A stretch of DNA of 34,808 nucleotides, taken from positions 1 to 34,808 of the forward strand of contig JBGANF010000089.1 of assembly GCA_044222475.1 (NCBI GenBank), in the 5' to 3' direction. Positions 1 through 7,602 of the stretch are shown here, piece after piece (position 1 is the stretch's first letter; every line of letters starts with the position of its first letter). Made by a program: the position numbers and the translations under genes. The notes below the pieces were generated by a model, which made no database searches, had not been told where the DNA came from, and worked only from the letters and a program-made list of their open reading frames with translations. Source of the DNA: Polyangiaceae bacterium (GTDB taxonomy: Bacteria > Myxococcota_A > Polyangia > Polyangiales > Polyangiaceae).

Positions 1-395
1 GCGTCTTCGGGATCGCCAGCCGCGCGCGGGACCTTGTACGTCGCGAGTCGCATCGAGCTCGTGTTCGGCGCGACGACCCATCGCGCCGGGGCAGCCCAGT
101 GGAGCGTGCTCGCTCCCGGGTCGGCCGTGGGCATCTGCGCTGCGGCGCCGCCGTTCACCGCCGGGTGACCCGGCGGAAGATCCGACGCGACTTCGCCGCT
201 CACGGCAGGGTGACCCATCGGCAAGGCCTCGCCCATCTCGGGATCGGCGGTCGCCATTGGCGTACGGTCCGTCGACACGGTCGTCGTGTGACTCGCGCTC
301 GTCGCGCTCCCGATCGCGTAGCCCACGGCTCCCGTCACCGCGGCGAGGAGCACCGCGGACGGAAGACTCAGCATCATTGCCGACTTGGTCGCCAT
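1..395 (-). CDS. Membrane-anchored/exported protein with two LPxGHP motifs; runs off the window start
   Basis: Manual translation MATKSAMMLSLPSAVLLAAVTGAVGYAIG...LPMGHP...LPPGHP...LHWAAPARWVVAPNTSSMRLATYKVP; its ATG overlaps the TGA of the upstream barrel gene (TGATG at 393-397); absent from the ORF track because there is no stop in the window. Confidence 0.8.
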   Translation of the reverse strand, partial: MATKSAMMLSLPSAVLLAAVTGAVGYAIGSATSASHTTTVSTDRTPMATADPEMGEALPMGHPAVSGEVASDLPPGHPAVNGGAAAQMPTADPGASTLHWAAPARWVVAPNTSSMRLATYKVPRAAGDPED

Positions 396-2137
396 CAGAA
401 TCGCGGCCGCCAGATCGCGCCGCCGAGGATCGAGAGGTAGTTCACGTCGCTGCCGCCCATGCCCTCGCCTTGTAGCGTGAAGACGAGGCTCGAGGTGGGA
501 AACACTGCGATCGTCCCGCCGACCGCGTTCTGGAACACGTAGGCCGGCACCGAGGCGTAGCGGAGCTCGGTGTGTCGATAGTACGCGAGGACGTCGATCA
601 CCTCGTGCATGAGGGTGAGCCCCACGCCCCCCGAGCCGGTGAACATGTTCATGTACGTCGCGGTCGACGCGCTCCCGGAGGCTTCGATGCGCAGCACGCC
701 GGCGATGCGGGCGATGCGACCCGTCGCGAATCCACCGAGGGTGCGCGGCTCGGTGCCGTGGGTCACGTCGCCGGTGGTCGACGCGCCGACCATGAACGAC
801 ACCTTGTCGACGGAGAGGCCGATGTTCACCGATCCGATCGCGCGCGTGCTCGACGCTCCATCGCACGGCTCGGAGAGCGGCGGAACGCCCGGTGACGGAA
901 CCGTGCGACACAGCCACGACGGCGGGAGATAGCTGGCGAGCCACCGCGAACGCACCGGCTGGAGCAGATCGAAGCGCGCGCCGATCTCGAACGGGCCTCG
1001 GCGGAACGAACCGTCGAGGCCGGCGGCGGTCACCTCGACGACCGACGACTTCCACGGGTTGTCGCCGTCGAAGTTCGAGACCTCGATGTGCCCGCCGAGG
1101 CGCGACGAACCAGGGTAGACGCCGAACATCGCCGAGACACGCCGCTCGTCGAGCTTGCCCTCGAACGTCGAGCCGTGGACGACGAGCGCCGCCTCGGGTC
1201 GCAGCTTCGCGTCGGGTCGGCTGAAGCGCGCCTCGATGCCGAAGCGCTGCGCGTCGATCGAAGGCACTCCGCTCAGCGGGTTGGGCAAGAGCCCACCGAA
1301 CGCGCCGAGCGTGAAGCCGCCGCCGAGGGGGGCCGCGACGCGTAGCCCATCGAGCGTGCCGAGGGTCGAAGCCGCGTACCTCATGCGGCCGATCCCCGCG
1401 AACCATCCGCCGCTGCCGTAGCGGAGCAACAGCTCGCGCACGTACACGACCGATCGCGTCGAGCCTCCAACTCGCGATCCGAGATCGTTCGCTGCCCAGA
1501 AGCGCAACGATCCGTCGACGTCGAGCGCAGCCGGGACCGAGAACGGCTCGGCGTGGAGGCGACCGTCGAGCTGAAGGAACCCGATCGAGGCGCCCGCTTG
1601 ACCCGACAGCGGGATCAGGCCGCCGGCGAAGACGCCGAGTCGAACGTCCCAACGACGATCGCGGTTCGCCTCACCGAGCGGGACGAACGTGGGCTCTTGC
1701 GTCGACGCCGGCGCTGGCGCGGGCGTCCACGACTTCTCCCACGTGGAGAGCGGCGGCGGCGGCGGGAGCGACTTCTTCGTGTCGACCTCCTCGACGACGG
1801 CGGCCCTGCCTTCGTCCTTCTCGTGCACCGCGTCGCCCTGGAACTCGATGACGGCGAACGAGTCGCTCGCTTGAACGACGCGGTACTCTTTGCCTCGGAT
1901 CTGCACCGTGGCCGTTCGACGCACGCCCGCCTTCGTTCCGGGCTCGAGGTACGCGCGCGATCCGGCGATCTCCACGACCGTGACCTTCACGGACTTCGGC
2001 CCGGCGGGCACCGCGGGTGGCGGCGGAGGTCTCGCCGGCGTCGGCGGCGCGGGCGGCTTCGCGGGCGGCTTCGCGAGCGCGACGGTCGACGCGAGCGAGA
2101 GCGCGACGCACGAGGCCAAGAGCGAGAGGCGCTTCAT
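395..2137 (-). CDS. Putative outer-membrane beta-barrel protein (580 aa), candidate porin of a porin-cytochrome complex
   Basis: Likely start MKRLSLLASC at 2137 (ATGA overlap with the cytochrome stop); signal peptide, Pro-rich linker, small beta domain, then amphipathic beta-strands ending in C-terminal Phe (GGAIWRPRF). Confidence 0.75.
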   Translation of the reverse strand: MKRLSLLASCVALSLASTVALAKPPAKPPAPPTPARPPPPPAVPAGPKSVKVTVVEIAGSRAYLEPGTKAGVRRTATVQIRGKEYRVVQASDSFAVIEFQGDAVHEKDEGRAAVVEEVDTKKSLPPPPPLSTWEKSWTPAPAPASTQEPTFVPLGEANRDRRWDVRLGVFAGGLIPLSGQAGASIGFLQLDGRLHAEPFSVPAALDVDGSLRFWAANDLGSRVGGSTRSVVYVRELLLRYGSGGWFAGIGRMRYAASTLGTLDGLRVAAPLGGGFTLGAFGGLLPNPLSGVPSIDAQRFGIEARFSRPDAKLRPEAALVVHGSTFEGKLDERRVSAMFGVYPGSSRLGGHIEVSNFDGDNPWKSSVVEVTAAGLDGSFRRGPFEIGARFDLLQPVRSRWLASYLPPSWLCRTVPSPGVPPLSEPCDGASSTRAIGSVNIGLSVDKVSFMVGASTTGDVTHGTEPRTLGGFATGRIARIAGVLRIEASGSASTATYMNMFTGSGGVGLTLMHEVIDVLAYYRHTELRYASVPAYVFQNAVGGTIAVFPTSSLVFTLQGEGMGGSDVNYLSILGGAIWRPRF

Positions 2138-4791
2138 CGCCGCACCCCGCCCGGGTGACAGGAGAGACACGCCGCGCCGTCCGTCGGCGTGGGCCGCTGG
2201 TGCTGCTGCATCACGCGCGTGGGTTCGTGCGCGTGGCAGCCGACGCAGCGCACTGCGCGCGGCGCTGCGCTCGACGCGTGGCAATCTTCGCAGGTCGCGC
2301 CGCGGTGGGAGCCCGTCACCGGGAACCGCATGTCGTGGTTCGGGGGCGCGGTGTCGATGCGGAGCGGCGTCGACCCCGATCCGGTGAGGTTCATCGTCGC
2401 GGGCACCCACGAGATCGCGCGGTGGCACATGCTGCAGTCGCGCGGCAGCGCGGCGGTCGTGGCGGTGGCGACGTGGGGGAAGATGCCGGGGCGTTGGTAA
2501 TCCTGTTGGTGGCACGCGACGCACTCGACCGGAGCGTCGGTGAAGCGGTTCTCGCTCGCGCGCAGGTGGCATTGTGTGCAGTCTGCAAGGACGTGCATGC
2601 CGGTGAGCGCGAAGCGCTTCATCCGGTGAATCTCGATCGGCTGCGTCGACTTCCACCCGACCGCCGAGTGGCACGTGTCGCACGCTTGCGAGAGACGCCC
2701 GCGGTGCGTGTCCTCGTGGCAGCTGACGCACGCCCGCTTGACCGACGCGGTGTTGTGGCACCCGACGCACGCCGTCTTCGAGTGTTGCCCGGTCAACGGG
2801 AAGCCGGTCGTCGCGTGGTCGAAGCCGGGCGCTCCACCGACCGCGTCTCTGGATCTCCACGCCGTCGTCGAGTGGCAGGCGCTGCACGGCACCGCCTCGG
2901 TGAAGCTCTTCTTCGCGGACGCATCGGCCGGTGCAGCGTTCGCCGCTCCCGGCCCCGCGCGCACCGGGTTGGGCGCGCGCCGCTCGTGTGGGTTCGCGTG
3001 GCAGTAGCTGCATTCGTGCGACGGCGTGCGATAGCGGATCGTGGTCGCCTGACCGACCGTGACCTGCGCGTGGCACTTCGCGCAGTCCTGGTTCGCGTGC
3101 GAGCCCGTCAACGGCCACGCGGTCATCGTCGCGTGGTTGAACGTCGGGATCTTGAAGCTCGACGTCGCGTGGCACTTGTCGCACTCGAGCACCGGCGAGG
3201 TCAGCCGGAACTGACCGAGGTGCTGGTCCGCGTGGCACGCGCTGCAGTTTCGAGCGACGCCCTTGTAGCTCGGTCCTTGGCCGGCCTTGCGGTCGGCGTC
3301 GGTCGGGTGGTGGCAGCTCTCGCACGAGGCCGCGGAGTGCGCGCCGGTGAGCGGCCACGTCGAGTGGTTGATCTTGGGGATGTTCCACCCCGCCGCTTCG
3401 TGGCAGTGCGCGCACCCTCCGCTCGCCATCTCGGTGGCGAACTGCGTGCCGTGCGGGTTCTGGTGACAGTCGGCGCAGGCCTGCTTGGCGACGTGCAGAT
3501 CGAGCTGGGGCCGCTTCGGGGCGTGACACTGCGAGCACGGCGCGGCGATGTGCTTGCCGGAGAGCGCGAAGCGCGTGTTCGCGTGCGCGTCGACTCCGAA
3601 CAGCGTCGGGCGGAACCCGCTCGTGACGTGACACGGTTTGCACTCACCGCGGTCTTGCGCGAGGAACTCGCCGGCGTGCTTGTCTTCGTGGCAGTCGGCG
3701 CAGCGCGCGGACGCGAGCTTCCGGTAGCGCGCATCGGCGGGGAGGTTGGGCTTGTGGCACGACGTGCAGTTCACCGCGTCGTGCTTCCCAGTCAGCGGGA
3801 ACGTCGTCTTCGTGTGCGCCAGGATCCCGACCTGTCTCGGAAGGCCGAACCACTGAATCGTCCCGTGACAACCGCCGCAGCCCATCCCGAGCGGCGCTTT
3901 GTGCACCGCGCGGTGACACGACACGCACTGAGAGCCCTTCGAGGGTGCGTTGAGGGTTCCCTTGTCGTGACAGCGCGCGCACGCGACCGGTGCGTGGCCG
4001 TTGGCGAGGCTGACGACCGGGTGCTTCGCGTTCGCGCCTCGGAACGTGACCGGCTTCCACTTCGTGTCCTCGTGGCAGTCGGTGCAGGTGGTGCCGAGCT
4101 TGCCCGCGTGCGGATCGGTGTGGCAGTCGGTGCAGGCTCCGAACTTCAGCCCGACGTACTTGGGCGGCGTATTGTGGCACTTCGCGCAGGCGACGGTGGT
4201 GTGGGCGCCGCGCAGCTGGAAGTGCGCCAGGTCGTGGTTGAACGACTTGAGCTGGACGTCCGCGAACGACGTCTCGTTGTGGCAATCCGTGCAGTTTGCA
4301 CCGAACCGGTTTTCGTGAGGATCCTTGTGGCACGAGCTGCACGCGGTCGAGACGCCGAGGTACGTCGCCGTGCCCCTCGGCATCGTCTTCGTGTGGCACT
4401 TGTTGCAGGTGAGCGGCTTGTGCGCGCCGTTGAGCGGCCAGCCGGTCTGCGCGTGGTCGAGCGCGCTCGCGCTACCGGACGGCCACTTGATCGGCGTCCC
4501 GCCGAGGTGCTCGACGTGGCAGCCCTCGCACCCTTGGCCGCGGTACTGGCGACCGTGGAGGCCCTGGCCGGCGTTGATGCGGGTCGCGAGATCGGTGTGG
4601 CACTTGAGGCAGGCGCCCTGATCGACGCGCTTGCCGGAGCTGTGGCAGTCGTTGCAGTGGGTGTCGCCTTCGAGGTGGGAGTGTCCCTTCGAGAGCGCTC
4701 CCGGGGAGAGCAGGCCGGCCCAAGCGACGCGCGCCCCGAACGAGAGGAGCGCGAACACCACGAGGGCGGCGAAGAGACGAAGCCCCTTCAT
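2134..4791 (-). CDS. Giant multiheme cytochrome c with 33 CxxCH motifs (885 aa)
   Basis: Start MKGLRLFAALVVF with signal peptide, ATGA overlap with the upstream gene; 33 CxxCH counted by hand in repeats of [FW]xLxGxH-CxxCH-CxxCH-xxH-CxxCH. Confidence 0.95.
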   Translation of the reverse strand: MKGLRLFAALVVFALLSFGARVAWAGLLSPGALSKGHSHLEGDTHCNDCHSSGKRVDQGACLKCHTDLATRINAGQGLHGRQYRGQGCEGCHVEHLGGTPIKWPSGSASALDHAQTGWPLNGAHKPLTCNKCHTKTMPRGTATYLGVSTACSSCHKDPHENRFGANCTDCHNETSFADVQLKSFNHDLAHFQLRGAHTTVACAKCHNTPPKYVGLKFGACTDCHTDPHAGKLGTTCTDCHEDTKWKPVTFRGANAKHPVVSLANGHAPVACARCHDKGTLNAPSKGSQCVSCHRAVHKAPLGMGCGGCHGTIQWFGLPRQVGILAHTKTTFPLTGKHDAVNCTSCHKPNLPADARYRKLASARCADCHEDKHAGEFLAQDRGECKPCHVTSGFRPTLFGVDAHANTRFALSGKHIAAPCSQCHAPKRPQLDLHVAKQACADCHQNPHGTQFATEMASGGCAHCHEAAGWNIPKINHSTWPLTGAHSAASCESCHHPTDADRKAGQGPSYKGVARNCSACHADQHLGQFRLTSPVLECDKCHATSSFKIPTFNHATMTAWPLTGSHANQDCAKCHAQVTVGQATTIRYRTPSHECSYCHANPHERRAPNPVRAGPGAANAAPADASAKKSFTEAVPCSACHSTTAWRSRDAVGGAPGFDHATTGFPLTGQHSKTACVGCHNTASVKRACVSCHEDTHRGRLSQACDTCHSAVGWKSTQPIEIHRMKRFALTGMHVLADCTQCHLRASENRFTDAPVECVACHQQDYQRPGIFPHVATATTAALPRDCSMCHRAISWVPATMNLTGSGSTPLRIDTAPPNHDMRFPVTGSHRGATCEDCHASSAAPRAVRCVGCHAHEPTRVMQQHQRPTPTDGAACLSCHPGGVRR

Positions 4792-5678
4792 TCCCAGATC
4801 CACCGGAAGCCGTAGTACCAGGCGACGCCGATGTGCACGGTGACGCTGGCGATCATGAGGAGCGCGAGGAACCGGTGCAGCGACCTCCACGAGCGCATGA
4901 GCGCCGCGCCGACGTGCGAGTCGACCTCACCGGCGGCGAGGTCCGCGAGCTCCTCGAAGTAGGCTCGCGCGAGCTTGCGATCCGTTCGCTCGAGCACGCG
5001 CACCATCTTGTCTTGTCGCACCGCGCCCACGAGGCCTTTGCGCCGCCGCCGCGCCTCGAGGACCCAGCGCGGGATGGTGAGGATCGCGCGCGTGAACGAC
5101 GCGTCGGCGGGGACGGTCGTGAGCGGCGTGGCTTTGACGTACGCCTCCACCTGCCCGACCATGCCGGGCATGATCGGCCGAAGCTGCGCCAAGCGCTCGT
5201 TCAACGGCTGCAGACCCGGCTTCGGCACGAGCTTGTAGAGGTAGAAGCCCATCAAGCCGGTGACGACCACGATCGCCAGGCTCACCGACGTGACGGTCGC
5301 GATCGGCGTGCGAAGCTGGAACGCCGAGTGGAAGACGACGAGCAGCGAGCCGACGAGGCCGGTGAACACGTGCAGGTTCAGCCACGCCTTCATCGAGCCG
5401 CCCCAGCTCGGGAACCACTTCGTCAGCCGGCGACGAACGAGGTAGAGCAGGTTCGTCAGGATCATCCCCGTGCCGACGATCCCGTATCCGTGGCCGATCA
5501 AGCCCGCGGGGCTCAATTTCCGGTAGTCGGGGTGGAACGCGCGCTCGGTCAGGCTCTGGCGATAGAAGTCGTGCCCTCGCCACAGGAGCGCGGCCGTCAC
5601 GGCCGAAAGGAACAGGATGGTGAACCACAGGCCGATGCGGCGCGACGGGGCGGCCGGGATTTGGCTCTGTTGAGTCAT
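4788..5678 (-). CDS. Ferric-reductase-like / cytochrome b integral membrane protein
   Basis: About 5-6 hydrophobic helices; two H-x13-H pairs (HVFTGLVGSLLVVFH and HRFLALLMIASVTVH); ATG at 5678, alternative GTG at 5705. Confidence 0.75.
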   Translation of the reverse strand: MTQQSQIPAAPSRRIGLWFTILFLSAVTAALLWRGHDFYRQSLTERAFHPDYRKLSPAGLIGHGYGIVGTGMILTNLLYLVRRRLTKWFPSWGGSMKAWLNLHVFTGLVGSLLVVFHSAFQLRTPIATVTSVSLAIVVVTGLMGFYLYKLVPKPGLQPLNERLAQLRPIMPGMVGQVEAYVKATPLTTVPADASFTRAILTIPRWVLEARRRRKGLVGAVRQDKMVRVLERTDRKLARAYFEELADLAAGEVDSHVGAALMRSWRSLHRFLALLMIASVTVHIGVAWYYGFRWIWE

Positions 5679-5705
5679 CGGGTGGGGCGCGTTAGGTTCG
5701 ACCAC

Positions 5706-7016
5706 GTGCTGACCGCTCTCGGGATCGCCGCTGTCTTCGCCGTCGCATCATTGATCTACTGGATTTGGGGCAGAAACCTCAAGAAGGACGAAGCGGTAGC
5801 GCTCGCTACGTTGGAGGACATGGCCGCCCTCGGAGAGGTCGTCCCCGACACGATTCACCCGGTGATCGACCTCAACCGATGCATCGGATCGGGAGCGTGC
5901 GTGGGGGCTTGCCCCGAGAAGCAGGTGCTCGGCGTCGTCGGTGGGCAAGCGAAGCTCTTGAACCCGCTGGCGTGCATCGGTCACTCCGCGTGCGTCTCCG
6001 CCTGCCCGGTGGAGGCGATCAAGCTCGTCTTCGGCACGGCGCAGCGCGGGGTCGAGCTCCCGCGGCTCGACTCGAACTTTCAGACGACGCGGCCCGGCGT
6101 CTACGTCGTCGGGGAGCTGGGCGGCATGGGCCTGATCCGCAACGCCGTGAGCCAAGGCCGCCAGGCGGCCGATCACATCGTGGCCGGCAGTCGTCGCGGT
6201 TCCGGAGAGGTGTACGACGCGGTGGTCGTGGGTGCGGGGCCCGCGGGCCTGAGCACGACGCTGCGGTTGACCGAGGCGGGTCTTCGAACCGTCTTGCTCG
6301 ATCGCGACTCCGTCGGTGGAACCATCATGCACTACCCCCGCGCGAAGGTCGTCATGACCGGAGCCCTGAACTTCGCCGGCTTCGGCACGGTGAAGCGGAG
6401 CAAGATGAGCAAAGAAGAGCTCGTCGCGCTCTGGCAGGAGATCATCACGAAGCGGAGCTTGCCGGTGAAGACGGGCACGATGGTCGAGGGCGTGAGCGAG
6501 CGGCCCGACGGCACATGGCGGCTCGACACGTCGAAGGGGCCGATCGACGCAGCGAACGTCGTGCTCGCCCTCGGCCGCCGCGGTACGCCGCGCAAGCTCG
6601 GGGTCCCCGGCGAAGATCTGTCGAAGGTGAGCTACACGCTGCTCGAGCCCGATCCGTTCAAGGGCAAGCACGTGCTCGTCGTCGGCGGCGGCAACAGCGC
6701 GGTGGAGAACGCGCTCGCGCTCGCGGATTTCGGCGGCTGCGCGTCGGTGTCGATCAGCTACCGGCGCGGCGCATTCGCGCGCTGCCGCGCGGAGAACAAG
6801 CGCCGCATCGACGAGCTGATCCAGGCAGGCAAGGTACGACCCTTGATGCCGAGCGAGCTCGTGAGCATCTCCGACGGCGAGGTGAAGCTCGACGTCGGCG
6901 GAAAGCCGACGAGCCTCCCGAACGACTCGGTCATCGTCCAGATCGGCGGCACCGCGCCGGCCGAGCTTCTGCAGAAGTTCGGCATCGAGGTGGTGGTCAA
7001 GCGCGGCGAGGCGTGA
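5706..7016 (+). CDS. Membrane-anchored ferredoxin-like Fe-S domain fused to a TrxR-like FAD/NAD(P)H oxidoreductase
   Basis: N-terminal TM helix; CIGSGACVGACP and CIGHSACVSACP; VVVGAGPAG FAD motif; VVGGGNSA...YRR NADPH motif; GTG start inferred at 5706. Confidence 0.85.
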   Translation: MLTALGIAAVFAVASLIYWIWGRNLKKDEAVALATLEDMAALGEVVPDTIHPVIDLNRCIGSGACVGACPEKQVLGVVGGQAKLLNPLACIGHSACVSACPVEAIKLVFGTAQRGVELPRLDSNFQTTRPGVYVVGELGGMGLIRNAVSQGRQAADHIVAGSRRGSGEVYDAVVVGAGPAGLSTTLRLTEAGLRTVLLDRDSVGGTIMHYPRAKVVMTGALNFAGFGTVKRSKMSKEELVALWQEIITKRSLPVKTGTMVEGVSERPDGTWRLDTSKGPIDAANVVLALGRRGTPRKLGVPGEDLSKVSYTLLEPDPFKGKHVLVVGGGNSAVENALALADFGGCASVSISYRRGAFARCRAENKRRIDELIQAGKVRPLMPSELVSISDGEVKLDVGGKPTSLPNDSVIVQIGGTAPAELLQKFGIEVVVKRGEA

Positions 7017-7496
7017 TCAGCCCTTGGGGTGGCAGCCGAGGCACGAGTGCGGCGTCGCTGCGTTCACCGGCGCGTAGTTCGCGACGCCCGTGTGCGTAGC
7101 GTCGACCGTCGTGATCGTGTGCGCGCCCAGGTGGCAGTGGATGCAGTCGGTGTTCTGTCCACCGGTCGCCGCTCCGAGCGACGAGAGGTGGCAGTCGGAG
7201 CACTGAATGGCGGGGCTCGCGTGCGACCCGGTCTTGATCGGGAAGCTGGCTTCGGGGTGGCCGCCCGCCGCGGTCCACGACCGGCGGCCGTGACAGTCGC
7301 CGCAGGTCTGCGGATAGACGCCCTTGTGCACCGGGGTCTGCACGTTTTCGTACGCCGTGGCGTGGCACTGGACGCATGGCGTGCCCGTCGCCGCCGGCGT
7401 GTCGTGCACGTTCGTCTCCGTGCAGGCGACGTCCACGCCGAACGCGAACGCCACGCCGCCGGCGGCAAGGATCGCGCGAGTGACCCACGACTGCAT
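7017..7496 (-). CDS. Pentaheme cytochrome c lipoprotein (159 aa)
   Basis: Lipobox-like VDVAC; CVQCH, CGDCH, CSDCH, CIHCH, CLGCH; FPIKTGSH repeat motif. Confidence 0.9.
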   Translation of the reverse strand: MQSWVTRAILAAGGVAFAFGVDVACTETNVHDTPAATGTPCVQCHATAYENVQTPVHKGVYPQTCGDCHGRRSWTAAGGHPEASFPIKTGSHASPAIQCSDCHLSSLGAATGGQNTDCIHCHLGAHTITTVDATHTGVANYAPVNAATPHSCLGCHPKG

Positions 7497-7602
7497 GCGT
7501 CTCTCATTGGAGACGAGATGGCTCCGGCTGTCGAGCGTGATTCGGATCAATGTTCGAGTCGATTTGAGGGGACCGCCGGGCGCGATCGTTCAGAATGAAG
7601 AG

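Noticed and set aside
395..3643. 1082-aa ORF as listed in the track
   Set aside because: The first 502 codons are an Arg-rich off-frame shadow of the cytochrome; the real protein begins at 2137 with a signal peptide
2017..4815. 932-aa plus-strand ORF, and similar long antisense ORFs (14480-16744, 19621-21294, 23131-25128, 25553-27448)
   Set aside because: Antisense shadows of real genes, expected in high-GC DNA; no recognisable motifs
4833..5705. Apparent N-terminal extension of the oxidoreductase (727 aa)
   Set aside because: Antisense to the cytochrome b gene; protein-like sequence starts near 5706
5700..7020. Active invertible DNA segment
   Set aside because: No flanking inverted repeats or recombinase seen
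7498..7515. CGTCTC-N6-GAGACG hairpin before the pentaheme start
   Set aside because: Only 6 bp in GC-rich DNA; could be chance
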